Assembly: GCA_951406725.2 (NCBI GenBank)
Contig: OX597839.1
Location: forward strand, 15,190,001-15,254,000
DNA from: Octopus vulgaris
Taxonomy: Eukaryota
Length of the DNA: 64,000 nt
Direction: 5' to 3'
The stretch's first letter is position 1; every line of letters begins with the position of its first letter. Positions 23,300 to 37,276 of this stretch are shown here, piece by piece. Under the pieces are notes generated by a model, which searched no databases, was not told the origin of the DNA, and worked only from the letters and a program-made list of their open reading frames with translations. Made by a program: the position numbers and the translations under genes.

Positions 23300-24487
23300 T
23301 TGGGTTGAATTATAAATAATTTTCGATTTTGTTAAACACCTTTACTCATAAAAAAATTTTACAAAGAAATCTTTTCAATTATCAGTATTTTTGCCATTAT
23401 TTTGAAAACCTCTTGCTATTTATCAGGTAGCTTTTTGATCCTACTCGAGTAAAATTCATCTGGCTTCGAAACGATGAAGTTTCCCTTATACGTTTTCACC
23501 TGATCTTCTTGAAAACATCTTTTCCCCATCAGAACATTTTGTAGACAGCGAAAACGATGGAAATTAGCTGGTGCAAAGTCTAGTGAATATGGTTGATGGG
23601 GTACAACAGACCTGCCCAAATCCATCCTTCTCCATGATAATGTGGTCTTGCATTATCAATGAAAAGCACCACGTCTCTACTATTGATGATCGCTGGGCGT
23701 TTTCTTAAAAGATTTTCATGCATACGTTTCAGCTTTTGAGAGTATAGGTCGGCATTTAGTGTTTGATTGCGCTTTAAAAACTCAAAATGAATAATACCGC
23801 GGTGATCTTACCAGATACACAACATTACCTTCTTTCCGTGGAGCTCAGCCTTTGGGGTAAGTTGTGAAGATTTATCCTTGTCAATCGCTGCCTGTAATGA
23901 TATTGCGAAACGGGCCATTTCTTTGTCTTGAAAGAAGGCTTGTCACTGCGGACATGTGATCCTCCCTATTCTTTTCATTAAGAGTATGGGGAACCCAAAC
24001 ATCCAGCTTGCTGACTTTTCCTACCTTTTCGAAGTGGTGGCAGATGGTGGATTGGGATGTGTAGAGGTCAATTGCTAATTCCCGAGTACGTTTACGAGGA
24101 CCGAATTCCACTAATTCTCTTAAAATATCTTGATCGAAGTCTGATAAGCGTCCTGGTCTAAGTTTGATTCCTCAGTGACAAATCTCCGGAACGAAACTTT
24201 GATAACTAATTTCGCACTTGCCATTCAGTAATGAAATCTTAGCCAAAAGCACTGCAAATCTTCTTAGCTGTGTCTGTGGCATTGTTTTCATTCTTAAACT
24301 CACACATCCCTTTTAGGCGACAGAAAATTAATATGAAACTATGATATGCACCCTTTAACTGCTTAAACATGAATGACAGATGAGGCCCTTTCAAAGACAG
24401 TAGTTTCCAATTCAATTTTAAACATCTGAAGTTGGAAATGTGTCGTTACAATTTACTTTAAAAAAAGGAAATTATGACTTAACCCAA
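23300..24487 (-). mobile_element. Full-length degenerate mariner
   Basis: Ends TA-TTGGGTT...AACCCAA-TA. Motifs WVPHTL, IITG.D, DNARPH and PYSLDFAP. Confidence 0.9.
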
Positions 24488-25538
24488 TATAAATTTTCAT
24501 TCTATTGGCGGTTTCCAACATTGTGAAGATGGCAACACACTATTGTTCACTCAAAATGAGACCGCACATTGTAAATATCCGCTTAAATTCATTAAACCAT
24601 GTGTACCGTTAAAGGTGTACTGTTATGGGACAAGAAATTCCATTGATTTTCTCCAACTTTTCACAATCACAAAAGACTTGCTCTTAGAAATACAGTACTT
24701 CCTTTTCCATTAATTTTAACTGATGAATAAAAGTAGAACAAAATAGATATTTAATTTTAAAATGTATAAAATGTATAAAATATTCAGACACTTGTATAAT
24801 TATTCAGACCACTTATATAATCAAGCTAATGTTCATAATAATGAACTACTAGATAGTAAATAATGTCTCTCAGCCTCCTAGTAACGCTCATTCCACCACC
24901 ACCCCTCATACAGTTGTTAAAATCTTTTGTGGTAAGAACGTGCTCTTACAATATTATGATTCTTATTAATTTCCGGACTCATTCCTCAATATGTTTGTAT
25001 TTTTATGTATCTGTCTTGTACCGTGTATGTTTAGAAATAGTTATTTTCATGTGTAAAAGTGATCGTGTTGCTTGATCTCAGTTGTTTTCATGTGCTTCTT
25101 CCTCCCGCTGACCCTAGAAATGTCCGCAGGAACGCAATTTCATTTGATAATACGAAAATCAATAGAAAAATTGATTTCGCATTACGGAATTTCGCGTAAG
25201 AGCCAGATTTTCATGAACGTATAACTTTCGTGAAGTGAGGGTTTTCTGTAACTGTTCACTGATCGAGCGTGTAAGTGGCTGAACATAATTCTCGGGCGGA
25301 ATCAGCCTAAGATTGAAACTTTAAATTAGACACAGTCTATCTGACGGATTACTACAAAGTTTCTGTCTACAGAACGCCAACGCACAAGGCTGGGGTCGAC
25401 CCGAGGCTGTTAAACACACTCGCGAAAGCTACACAAATTCACCTGTGTATGATATGCATACATGTACACATTTAAACGTGTTTCTACATATGAAAACAAG
25501 AATATGTTCACAAATATGTGAGTCCCTCTCTCCCCTCC

Positions 25539-25619
<81 letters not shown>

Positions 25620-25648
25620 CACGTACATATATATACATGCATATATAT

Positions 25649-25745
<97 letters not shown>

Positions 25746-25846
25746 GGTACATATTTACACACAACTACGTTTTTGTATGTGTGTATTAAATAAGTTCACT
25801 GATGCAATACCGGCGTGTACGCATAAGATCCGCTCGACGTTCTATA

Positions 25847-26075
25847 GGAAATTTAGAAATAGAAAAAGCAGTAAAAGTTTGAGCTAAGCAATAACAAATG
25901 AATTAAGTTTAGTAAATATAGTGAGTGGTAAACGAGATTTAACTAAAGTAATGTAATTATTAAAAAATAGCTAGGAAATTTAGAAGTAGAAATAGCAATA
26001 AAAGTTAGAGCTAACCAATAACAAGTGAATTAAGTTTAGTAAGTATAGTGAGTGGAAAACGAGATAAAACTAAAT
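25847..26075. repeat. Tandem duplication, ~125-bp period
   Basis: AGGAAATTTAGAA...GTGAGTGG(T/A)AAACGAGAT occurs twice (from 25847 and from 25973). Confidence 0.85.
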
Positions 26076-26380
26076 GTGATTATATGAAAAATAGCTGTTA
26101 GTCGAGTAATCGACCTGAGTATGTGGCTTTGCATGTATGGGAGAATTTATAAAATTGGAATGAAATAAAATAAAATAAATTAAGTGCTGAAGTGAAACGG
26201 GCCAGATGGCGCCGCGTGCATACAATTTCCTATGGCGACTGTATCGAATGGCTTGCATATAAAGTTCCATTCAAGATCGACGTAAAAATTTTTCTGGGAG
26301 TACGTAAATATTGTGTTCTGAGAATGGCCGGTATGTGACTATGTATTTGTTTGTTCATGTTTTATATGTGTTGTATAGGA

Positions 26381-26461
26381 CACCCTGACGAGGGGAGTGC
26401 CAATTTTAAGTACTGATATGTCTAGTATTGATTGGCACATCCCCGAAACGGCTCGTAGATG
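26381..26461 (+). ncRNA. Type I hammerhead ribozyme motif
   Basis: CACC-CTGACGA (26385-26391), strong stem II GGGGAGTGCCAAT/ATTGGCACATCCCC, GAAA (26445-26448), CG-GCT-CG, TA, GATG. Confidence 0.8.
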
Positions 26462-26898
26462 ATGGACTTCTGTATATCTTATATTTTTGTAAGCTTGTGT
26501 GTGTATTATATTTTATGTACTATTCGCCGGAATTTTACTCGTGTCTTGATATGCTATATTTTTATATTATCACTATATTTATTCCTCTTATTCTAACAGT
26601 TTTAAGCGTGTTATATGCAAAATTTATATTTATATTTGTATTTATATTTTTATTTGTATATGATACTTATATATTACTGAATTTTAAAATTTCCAATAAG
26701 TCGGACTGTATAGATATAAATTAGTATATAAGATTTGCATGTGTTTGGCCTATCTTTGAATTTGTGGTGTTCCTGTGGGTGTTGCTCCTATTGTTTCCCC
26801 TTGGATAAAAAAGTGTATACAGCTCATTGGAGCACTTCTATTTCTAGTCCGTTGTATATCTTGAGTGTTGTTGTCACTCAAGATATAACCTTATATAT

Positions 26899-27694
26899 AA
26901 ATGAAAGAATGGAGTCGAACGAAGATGTTAACAAAATTCTTTTACTCTCGACATATGTTTCGAAGACAACATGTTTTCATTCCAAAGGAATAAAGGGTGC
27001 ATTATGCAATCTTCTCATCAGGAAAGAAAGGGAGCCTCTCTCGACAACAAGACAAACGAAAATTTCGATGACTGCCTACATGGTAAACAAAACGATAATG
27101 AGTGTTTTTAAAAAAAAAACCGTTAGAAGAATTGACGTCAAAGATAGATAGTAGGAAGAGAAGGGTTAAAGGAATAATAGGTAGGGAACAAGTGGAGAGG
27201 GAAGGGTACTTTGATTGAAAGAATGTTCGAAGGCTTAGGAAAGAATTTCGCTATCGAAGTGGGTTGGACTTAAAGCTAATTGTTCAAACCACAGTGACTA
27301 TCGCTATCATTTATATGAGTAGAAAGTATGTTTCTGCCAGTGTTTACATTTGTATGATTTTTCTATGAGTGTGTTTACTAGGGGGAACCTTAGAGAAAAG
27401 AATATGGAAGAGTTCAGAGTTACAAATGTTACAAAATCCCCTGCCCTTATCAAAAGGAAAGGATACAGACAGTATGAACCAATCTAACTTGAAATTTATA
27501 TTGTTGTCTTTAAGATGCCAAACTAATTTACTTAGTCCTGTACTATGTCGTAGTTTACTTAGCCCTGTACTATGTCATCTTTCCTGATGAGAAGATTTCA
27601 TAATGCACCCTTTATTCCTTTGGAATGAAAACATGTTGTCTTCGAGAGTAAAGGAATTTTGTTAACATCTTCGTTCGACTCCATTCTTTCATTT
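26899..27694. mobile_element. Penelope-type pLTR pair in inverted orientation
   Basis: 26899-27027 is the reverse complement of 27579-27694 apart from a 12-bp deletion and a few substitutions. Hammerhead stem II resembles that at 12508. Confidence 0.8.
26945..27026 (-). ncRNA. Type I hammerhead ribozyme motif
   Basis: CTTTC-CTGATGA-GAAGA...TCTTC-GAAA-CATATG-TC-GAGAG. Palindrome ACATATGT, GUC triplet. Confidence 0.85.
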
Positions 27695-27855
27695 ATTCAT
27701 ATACAACACACAAATTTCTGCACATGAAACCGGAGTTTCTACCCTTGGACAGGTCGCTTCAACCGTGTTTCTGACGTGAATTTGCTACCCAGGTTTCGGT
27801 TAAACGAATTTTCCATGCTGGCGATAAACATAGGATAATTCATTCACCTATTTAA

Positions 27856-27902
<47 letters not shown>

Positions 27903-28934
27903 CATACATACATACATACATACATACATACATACATACATACAAAGAATGTAATCTGATATATCTGAAAACTATCAACACAATAATAAGTTACTGGAAT
28001 AAACTTAAGTAAATAAGTTCCCCATACATGTATTTTATATTCTTTTCTACATATTTCTATTTTTATAAAAGAAAGTTTGTTTTACTTTAAAATTAGTTTG
28101 TAAATGTTTAAGACATTATATTAAGACAATAAAACATTTGTGTTCGCCCCAATCTGTGGTAATTTTAGAAAACGTCTCATTTCTGTATAACTGGCATGCA
28201 GTATTCATTTTTTGTTATTTTAAATAAGCGTGAATAAGCATTCAACCTACTACTGACATTGACTCTCTTATGAAATCTATTTGACTGCTGAAGAGGAAAG
28301 ATCTCCCCACTTTTTTCCTAATTGTATTGTTTTCTTTTTCCAAATCTATAAAGCCTTTTTTAATGCAAAACTTCATGGAATATCCCCACCAAGTTCTAAA
28401 AGGATTGCAGGCGGGAATAAGGAAAAGAGCGTAGGTGCAATAACGCAATACGGCTCTAATTCACATATAATCAGGAATTGTTCTGAAAAATTGTTTCATT
28501 ACAAACACAAACTTCAAATTGACTGTCAATCAGTTTATATGTATTTCACTAAAAAGTATTAAGCAATGCTTCAGCCTAAGGAGAAATTGTTTTTATGTAT
28601 AGCTAGTAATATGTATAGCTAGTATGTATGTGACGTACTTGAAGAAATTAGGGGATGTGGTTTGGACTCCAAAAATATGTGCGCACGCGCACACACAAGT
28701 GCACGGCGCATTTATCTAAGATGAAAATAGTTGTACTGTATAACTTAATATCGATTACAATAGCATTTTGCTTCCAATCACATTGTACGTACTTACGCAA
28801 TAAATCATTCAAGACTTACATGATATTATGCGGGGTTTAGTTTAATGGCAACTCTTCAGACTCATTAGACTTAGCTATCATTCATGATTTGCCAAAATGA
28901 TCACCGCAATAGTAAAAATAACGATGATTATAAT

Positions 28935-29345
28935 GGTTTCAAATTTTGGCACAAGGTCAGCGATTTCGGGGCTGGAGTAGGTCGATATAATCGACCATAG
29001 TGATCAAGTGGTACTTATTTCAACGACCCCGGAAAGATGAAAGACAGTGACTTTGGCGAAATTTGAACTCAGACGGATGAAATACCGCTAAGCATTTTCC
29101 CCTGTGTACTAGCGATAAATAATAGTATTAATAATAAAACAGCTTCAAATGTTAGCACAAGTAAGGCACTTTTAGTGGGAATGTTAAGTCGATTACGTCG
29201 ACCTCAGCACTTTACTGGAACTTATTTTCATGATCCCGAAAGCATAAAAGGCAACAGCAACCGCAGCGGTATTTGAACTCAAGTAAAAGAATGCCTCCAA
29301 GCATTTTGTCCGGCGTGCTAACGATTCTGCCAGTTAGCCACTTTA
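28935..29345 (-). mobile_element. Two tandem tRNA-SINEs with a Meta-domain-like core
   Basis: Minus strand GAGTTCAAAT B box plus CTTTCCGGGGTCGTTGAAATAAGTACCA-like core, in two copies (about 28935-29117 and 29140-29345). Confidence 0.7.
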
Positions 29346-29419
29346 ATTGGTAATTAAAATAACAATAGTAAATCTAATAGTAATGACAATAAAAACAAAA
29401 ACAGCAAGGGTTAGGATTA

Positions 29420-29630
29420 GACGACTACAATGAGTTTAATATAAGGACTTTGAAACAGAGGCATAAAACATGTGGCATCTAAAAACAATAGCTCTACCTG
29501 TGATCATTGGAGCTTTTAGGATAACACCAAATGGCACTCCAGCCAAATATCAGGAAACCTAAAAGTATCAGAACTACAAAAAATTCTTCTCATGAGTACT
29601 ACATTCATTCTAAGAAGAACGTTTTAAACA
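29420..29630 (+). mobile_element. R4/Dong-like (restriction-like endonuclease) LINE 3' fragment
   Basis: MWHLKTIALPVIIGA...ELQKILLMSTTFILRRT, preceded by a decayed (TAA/CAA)n tract. Confidence 0.65.
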
Positions 29631-29739
29631 TGAAAATATCTTTGTCCTTTAAAATGCTTTCAAAACTGAAATATTACAAATTTAACAGAATCTTAGTTGT
29701 CAGATTCTGATTTCCTTTCCTTTGAGTATATCTGTGTTG

Positions 29740-29932
29740 ACCACCGATCAACAACCAGTGCTTGGGTGTTTACGTCCCCGTGACATAGCGATTCGGCAGA
29801 AGACCGATAGGATAAGTACTAGGCTTTCAAATAAATAAGTATTGGGGTTGAAATATTCGACTAAAAATTCCTGAAGGTGGTACCCTATCATAGCCGCAGT
29901 CTAAAGACTGAAGCAATTAAAAGATAAAGAGA
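29740..29932 (+). mobile_element. SINE 3' half with LINE-like tail
   Basis: GATAAGTACTAGG...AAGGTGGTACCCTATCATAGCCGCAGTC...GACTGAAGCAA, a degenerate inverse of the 1862-1920 tail. Confidence 0.65.
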
Positions 29933-30699
29933 TGTGTGTGTGTGTGTGTGTGTGTGCATGTGCGCGCACGCGCGTGGTATATAGAGCGCACTTTATCGGC
30001 TCAAAATTTAATCTATTTATTTGTAACTCTTTTTTTTTTTCTATGAATTCATTCAAGTTCCAACCATGGTCACATGGTTAAATTCGTAGTTGCCTGAAAA
30101 GATTACATTTAGGAAGTTTGAAACGTATGTGTGATGTGTGGTACATATCATCAAATGTGACACAGACCACAAACTGATACGCGGAATACGTAAAAAGATT
30201 CGCATGAATGAGTGAAAATCTTCTAAACGTTTTGTTTTCCCTAAATTGGCGGATTTAAATATTAACAAACTGTGTCCAATAAGCTTTAGATTTTAATCTT
30301 GATGGTTCCTGGGAAAACTTTAATGACCAGGTGTACGCTTCGCGAAGTGATGTATTTGGATTCAAGGAAAATAGTAATGATTACTTTGGTAATGATAACA
30401 CACCTGTCAGAAAGTTAATGAACAGGAAACATTTCCATCACCACCTCTGTTGGATCCGAAACTGCAAAATCTTGAAAAGTCTTTCAAAGCATTTACAGTA
30501 ACTGTGCAACAAGTGCTTACTAAGATTAAAAACAAATGGTGAAATACCTCAGCAAAGTTGTTTTTATTGGGATTCTAAAACACTTTATGGCTTCTCCTCT
30601 ATGTCTTTGGCCCCCAATCATCTGTATCTTCGCGAATCTAAAGTGGCAAGACATGCATTGAAGACCCTGAAGGTATTATACAGTGTTGGAGGGAACAAT

Positions 30700-31950
30700 T
30701 TACCTCAGTACCTCAGTAGTGGTTGGTATAATATTGATAGTTTACCCCACCTAGATACGTTTTATCACATGAATTGTTAATCTTCAGAAGATTAAGTAGT
30801 TTTGATGGTCAAGCAGGTTAATACCGACAAGAGCCAGGATTAAACAGTATCCCAACAAAGCTGTTGTAAACTTTTGCGTAAGAACTTCTATACCACAAGA
30901 CTGTATTGATGGATTTTTTAAATCTCGAATACAATGTAAATATCTTAATCGGTGTGTAGTATTTTTCGTGGTATCACTTCTTTGGAATTCGTTGGCAAGG
31001 TTTTATCTAGACTGCTGTTAAATCGTTTCATGTCCCATAGTACCTGAAACGCAAACTGTTTTGAGATTAGGATATGATTTTCTCTGCGATACAACCTCCA
31101 GAAAAATGTATCGAGCAGCGGGTGCCTCTATAGTAGATCTTTGTTGATCTTTGAATCACTTGACAGGATATATTTTGCAAAACTCTTGGAAAATTGGGTT
31201 GTTCGACAATTTTTTAAAAACTCATTTTGGAACTACATAGAAACATGAGGCCACGAATCACTTTCAACAGGCTTCTTACTTTTCAATAATGTGAAATTGG
31301 TGTTGACCTAACGCTTAGAAAAGGAAAGGTCTTTCATCTGAGGAAATTCGACCGCAAGCTTAGGACATTCCATACGGCATATATGACTATCGTTATTCAG
31401 ATATTTTGTTTCTGATACTGAAAACGATACGAAACACATAATGCACCAAATTTCAACTGCGTACTTTCCATTTGGTTTCACATTAGAGTTCGAAAAAGAA
31501 AAACATATTCACTTAATTGAACTCCTACATCGAAACAAACACCTTCGTGAATGGCACCAGATTAGATACTTTGAATGAATTTAAATATTTTGGGAGTACC
31601 TTGCAAACTAGTGTACTCACGAATCAAAGAAGATGTTCGGCCTTTGGTAATTTAGTGTGTGGTCGGTCAGATCGTGGCATCAGATTCGATCTAAAATCAA
31701 TGTCTGTATGACTTGTTTTCTGACACTCCCTCAGTATGTGTCCAAAATGTGGACAAAATGCTTGACTTGTTCTTTTAAAAAGTAGGCTTTGTTAATCACA
31801 TGGAATAGCATAAACACTCATTAAAACAATCCACATTTACCCAATTTATACCCCGACATTCGTAATATACTTGTATGGCGCGCTGCAGAGTGCGCGATTC
31901 CAAGCTGGAACTTTGAAGATATATGCATAGGAATTTCACGTCACAGAATT
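30700..31950 (+). mobile_element. Old RTE LINE relic
   Basis: FRGITSLEFVGKV, FVDL, LDTLNEFKYFGSTL and SAFGNL fragments, with many stops. Confidence 0.6.
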
Positions 31951-32111
31951 TACATGATCGTTCTTATGGCGATGCAGAATTTATCTGCCACGTAAGTTCT
32001 CCTCCTTATAAATCAACAGACCTAAAGAGCCACCTCTGAGCGAACTGGACATTGAATGATGAGACAGTTATGATTTGATAAGATGAAGCAGTTATATATG
32101 TGTGTATGTAC

Positions 32112-32151
<40 letters not shown>

Positions 32152-32238
32152 TATGTGTTTTTACGTGTATATATATATACACATAGATACATACATACAT
32201 AGTGTGTATTTATATACATCTTTGTGTGTACATACGAA

Positions 32239-32319
<81 letters not shown>

Positions 32320-34099
32320 GTGTATATATTCGTATTTTCATGTATTTATGTTTGCAGGTTGGAAGGTAGAACGCAGTAATTGAGACGAAATGGCAAGTGG
32401 AGATTATGAAATTGGAGAAAAAAGAAGAAAAATAAAGAGCTGAAGAACGTAGGGAGGAAACAACAATCTTCAAGTTTAGGAACGTTTATATTTTCAAATT
32501 CTGATATTCGCATTGATAGTCCAAATAATCATGATCCCACAAATTAGCCTGATAAATTTATAACAGTGTATAAATCTTAAAGATGACTGCTCTAGTTTAA
32601 CAAATAGTTCCTGTTTGGGAAGTTTTAACTATATACTTGGAAATATAGAGGTCGTGAGAACTTAGCTCACAAGCAGAATCCAAGATCTTCATAAAAGAAA
32701 GCCTGTTGGCTTTTTCAACCTACATAGATTATTATGCATTGGCGAAGAAAGATAGTATGCTGTGCCACTCTCAGTCAAGTACCTTTAATTTCATGTCTTT
32801 GGATTGTAAGTTCAAATCCCATCAGGATCGATTTTGCTTTACATTTCTTTGGTGTCGAGCGTTTTTCTTCACCGTTCAAAATTTCATGAAAATAAGCAAC
32901 TGTTGCAATTTCATTTGCGTAGGCATAAAACCAGAAGCTTGAGATATTGTTAAGCTGTTGATTGTAGAATTCATTGGTGTTAGGAGAGAAACAGTTGCAA
33001 AACCAAACGAAAGTAGGTTACATTCATTTCGTCCAGTGTAGCACAGGAAGTTATGAACAGAAATTATTGAGAAATATAATTGTACTGATAAGGGGCGTCC
33101 TTTGTATTTGGAGGGAGTATTTTGTGTATATGTGTGTCTGTGAGTATTCTACACGCCTTCATTCACCTGTCATTTAAAGATATCCTATAATGTAGCAGGA
33201 CACAGTTACTGCAATAGTTGCTATACTATCTGAGAGAGAGAGAGAGAGATCTTAGCCACTTAGTGCAAAGAAAATGGAGCTAAGCGACCGTCTTTTTCAT
33301 TTGTATTTTTGAACGATTTTAGAGAAGAGTAGACAACACCCATAATCACTTTTCAGAGCGCCAAGGCTAGTAGAAAGAAACCTATTCAGATCAAATAGGT
33401 GTGTTAAACTGGACAATAATATTAAGTACTAAAAATTTATCATCGAAAAGTTGTCAACCATCCTCAAAGTTAAGCCTACAACAAAAATAAAGATTATATA
33501 CCCCACAAAAAAATTCCTTCAGAGTTGTGGAGACATTAACATTTTATTTATATTTACCGTCATTTGACACGTATAAAACGTTTTTAAATTAAACTTATGG
33601 TCACTCCTTCTGTGACGAGCAACCACCAATCTCTTACTGGTTTTAATCATTATTTTCTTCTCTACTATTGATATATCTTTTAAGGAATTACTTTATGCAT
33701 CAACTGTGAATTTGATTCACAGATGTTTGGCACCTCAAGACATGCCCTTTTGCTGTTGCAAAAGTTTTGTTTTCTTCAACAATCCGCTTTATTTAATTTG
33801 CCTTAGTTGTTAAAGATAATTTTGTAATTAACTGATATACTCATAAAAGAAGAAATGTGCTTAATATTTTCTCCATGGGCAAAAGGAATTTTCAACAAAT
33901 TTCTTTTTCTGTAATTGAGAATCTGTGCTACATATGTAATGAAGTACTATTCGGGAAACCACCGGTAGATACTGGTAGTGAGTTTTTGTGATCAGTAAAA
34001 GGATTAGCTCTCATTTTATTTTTTTCAAAGTGAACAGGTCTTGTTTTATTTTGTTATTCAGAAAAGGAAGGACAGTGCCCACAGTCTTTTTTTAGGAAT

Positions 34100-34330
34100 T
34101 CCATGTTTGATTAGATGAAAGAAAGTCGTTTTCATCAGTCTGAACACTCGACCACATCCTTTGCTGACGGTCCCATCGAACAAGTCTGTGACAGTTTTTC
34201 TGTCAAGACGGATGACTATTGACGAAGTGGCAAATAATGTACAAATTGATTATGGTTTTGCCCATGAAGTCATCCACTATAGATTTAGCTTCAGTGAAGT
34301 CTGTGCTAGGAGATTCCGCACTTGTTTTCC
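34100..34330 (+). mobile_element. Mariner-like HTH fragment
   Basis: RRMTIDEVANNVQIDYGFAHEVIHYRFSFSEVCAR. Confidence 0.6.
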
Positions 34331-36429
34331 ACGCATCCACTGCTAGGCTATGTAATGTTTAAACATATTTCAGTTTTTCTGATTCACGATGTGTGTGTGT
34401 GTTATACACACAGATGTACACTACCCTTTTTCTTAGGGAATTATCTATTTCAAATGAGGTGATGTGCTTCCTGTATTATTCGAGGCTGTTGTGGTTGATA
34501 AATGTTATCATGGTCTTTGCCTAATAATCATATTTACCACTAGTAAATTCTTGTTTCATTATCCTCGTGATCTTCCATTATTCACAACAGGCGTTTTATC
34601 TTCAAGTTAAATACACATGCACATGCATGCATATGTTTCAAAACATGTGTATTCAAATAGTTACACACTCGTACAAAGTCATACACATGTACGCGAATAC
34701 ACAAATACACAGTGATAAATTCACATATAACCCATATACATAGGCAAGCGCATGTATACAAATGCACTGACACTCGTAAACGCATGCACACAGAGATATA
34801 TGAAAACATGTACATAAATATGCTAATGTACAAATTCGTGCACAATTACTCACTTCTGTACATATACCTACACACTTATGCACACACCACATAAATATTA
34901 CCCACATTTTTTAAGCTCATTCTCTGAAATACGCAATATTATGCAAGAACGAGTATAAATTCGCCACTCATATCCGTATACTCATCACTACGCCGCACCA
35001 TCCTAACCACCCTACGCAAATTCTCAAGACACGTGCGCACTCATAGATATACACATTATTAAATGTGAAACAACTTCCTTTCTCAATTTCTCACGCCCCT
35101 TTTTTCTGGGAAATACTTAAGAAATTTCCCCTCCCTCTCCACACTTGTGATTTGGCAACTCATCTCTATTGCATTTTCTCTCATTCTATCTCTCTCTCTC
35201 ACTCATTCTCTCACTTCCATCCTGTTTTCGTCATATATTTATATTCTTTCTTTCAATTTATTTTCATATGTTTGGTTTTTATAATTATGTTGTATCTAAT
35301 AAATTACAGCCACTATTGCATACGGACAACATTTCTTCCTCTAAAGACAAAAATTACTATCATCCGCTGCAGTTTGTTTGCAAGATCAAAGGCAAATCAC
35401 TTCAACAGTGAAAGCAAAACCACAATGACAGTTTGAAGATGATTTTTCTCTCATAGTGAAGAGTACACTAATGTAGTGTAAACTTCCAGCGAGAAGCCCT
35501 ACTGGCTTATTTAGAAACAAGTCAGTGGCCTAGTTTTACTAAACTGAAACCGCTTCCCTTCGTTTACATCGCAAACAACGTAGAAAATTCATTAAATGCC
35601 ACATTTCTCTTCACCAACGTCCCTTAAATATAAGGTAAAGCCTGGATTCTAAAGAAATTGGTATGATCAACATCGGCAAAATTTCAAAGAAAAAGTAGTG
35701 AGAATGTCGAATAAATTTGATTCCTGCGACGAGCAGAAGTTCAACATTTGCCCATCGGGTAAAAGGTAAAATATGTTATTGGCTTGATGAATGAGAACTA
35801 CAACCAGGCCAGCAACAATACCTTTGGATCTTTTTTCCACTCTCCATTCAAGAGTAAGAACTCGGAAATTTACTTATTCAGATTCTGCGAACTCTCTTTT
35901 AAGAGGAAAGCTTACAGAAAGAGTAAGGAACCAGAATAAAATGTATTTTATGTCTCCTAAGTTCTAATTTCGAATCCTGACGGTATCAACTTTGGTTTCC
36001 ACTCTACTGAAATAATTCCAATCTACTATACACCCTCCCGGCACTCTGAACTAAGAAATCCTGTCGATAAAATTTACCAAAATTGCTTTTATCTTCAGTT
36101 AACAGCTGACGAGTAGATATTTGTATCCATTTGTGTTTATAAGTATTCGTGTATTATACGCTATGAATTAGATTCAATTTTTATAATATGACATATAGTA
36201 CATCATAATAGAGAGAGTGCCACGCATATGTAAGAACACTCGTTCATTCACTCGCTCACTGTCTGTCTCTCTCACTCACACACACACGCACACACATGTA
36301 CAAGGAAGATGCATGCATATGTATTGATGTATGTATACATGACAACACACCCCTTCACTCACTCTCTCTCTTTCTCCCTCTTCCTGTCTCTCTCTTTCAC
36401 ACATACACGTCCATTTCATATACACGTGC

Positions 36430-37275
36430 AAACCCCCTCACCGCAGATCCAACAATTGGGCCCGCGACCCTCTACTACCACCTACAAGGAACTCTCCCCC
36501 CAAATCTCCACTTGGCAGGGAAGGCCCTCCATATCCACAAATGTAATGAAGAGCCACATCTCCACTCCGCTTCCCCAACAATTCAACACATCCGCCCCTG
36601 CCAACATCTCCGAGCTCCGGTCCACCCTCGGTGGTCATTAGAATGGCCGCCACCAACCACTCTGTCCCAATTTCAGGCGGCACCCCAACCATCCCGACCT
36701 GGACGCAGCGCCCTCCCACACACATGGACAACAGCACCACCCTCTCCGAGCCCAGGACAGCAGCGGAGTGCGAGGCCGCCTCTTCCCCCGTTGCAAACCT
36801 CACCTCTTCTGCGTCACACCTCCCTCCTCCGCTCACGAATGTCGCCTCTTGCATGACATCCCCTAGGCACTCCTTCACGTCTTCCGACAGCTTCTCAATC
36901 CAACCTGTGACGATCGCCCACGTGTGGCACACCACTGCTCCCCCACTCCTCTCCTCCACCGACTCCTGTGGGGGGGACCAGCTAGATTGCGCCCTCCTCC
37001 TCCACCAAACACAAACCCCTCGACACTTCATCCCCATCCACGTGTACCCTCCCGGCCTCCAACAGTGCAGCAGCAACCCCCGCAGCAGCCCTCGCGCAGC
37101 TCTCCGCGATTCCACGCCCTTCTCCGCCGCCAATGGGAAGAAAAAGAACCAAAACAACTGCAGAAAACAACAGAAACACGCTCGAGACGCCTCAACAATA
37201 CCATCAACTGCAAAACAGTAACATCTCCCACCTTCCTCCCACAAAAAAATCACACTGAAAATCACAGTCGTCCGA
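36430..37275 (-). mobile_element. 5' region / ORF1 relic of a Tx1-like LINE
   Basis: GC-rich block with GVPPEIGTEWLVAAIL and VVEGRGPNCWICG (start of a CCHC knuckle). Confidence 0.55.
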
Positions 37276-37276
37276 A

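Noticed and set aside
25830-25850. Minus-strand GAAACGTC hammerhead 3' half
   Set aside because: No CUGANGA core or stem II upstream.
32437-32471. CTGAAGA...GAAA...TC hammerhead-like spacing
   Set aside because: Stem II and stem III do not pair, so this is a chance match.
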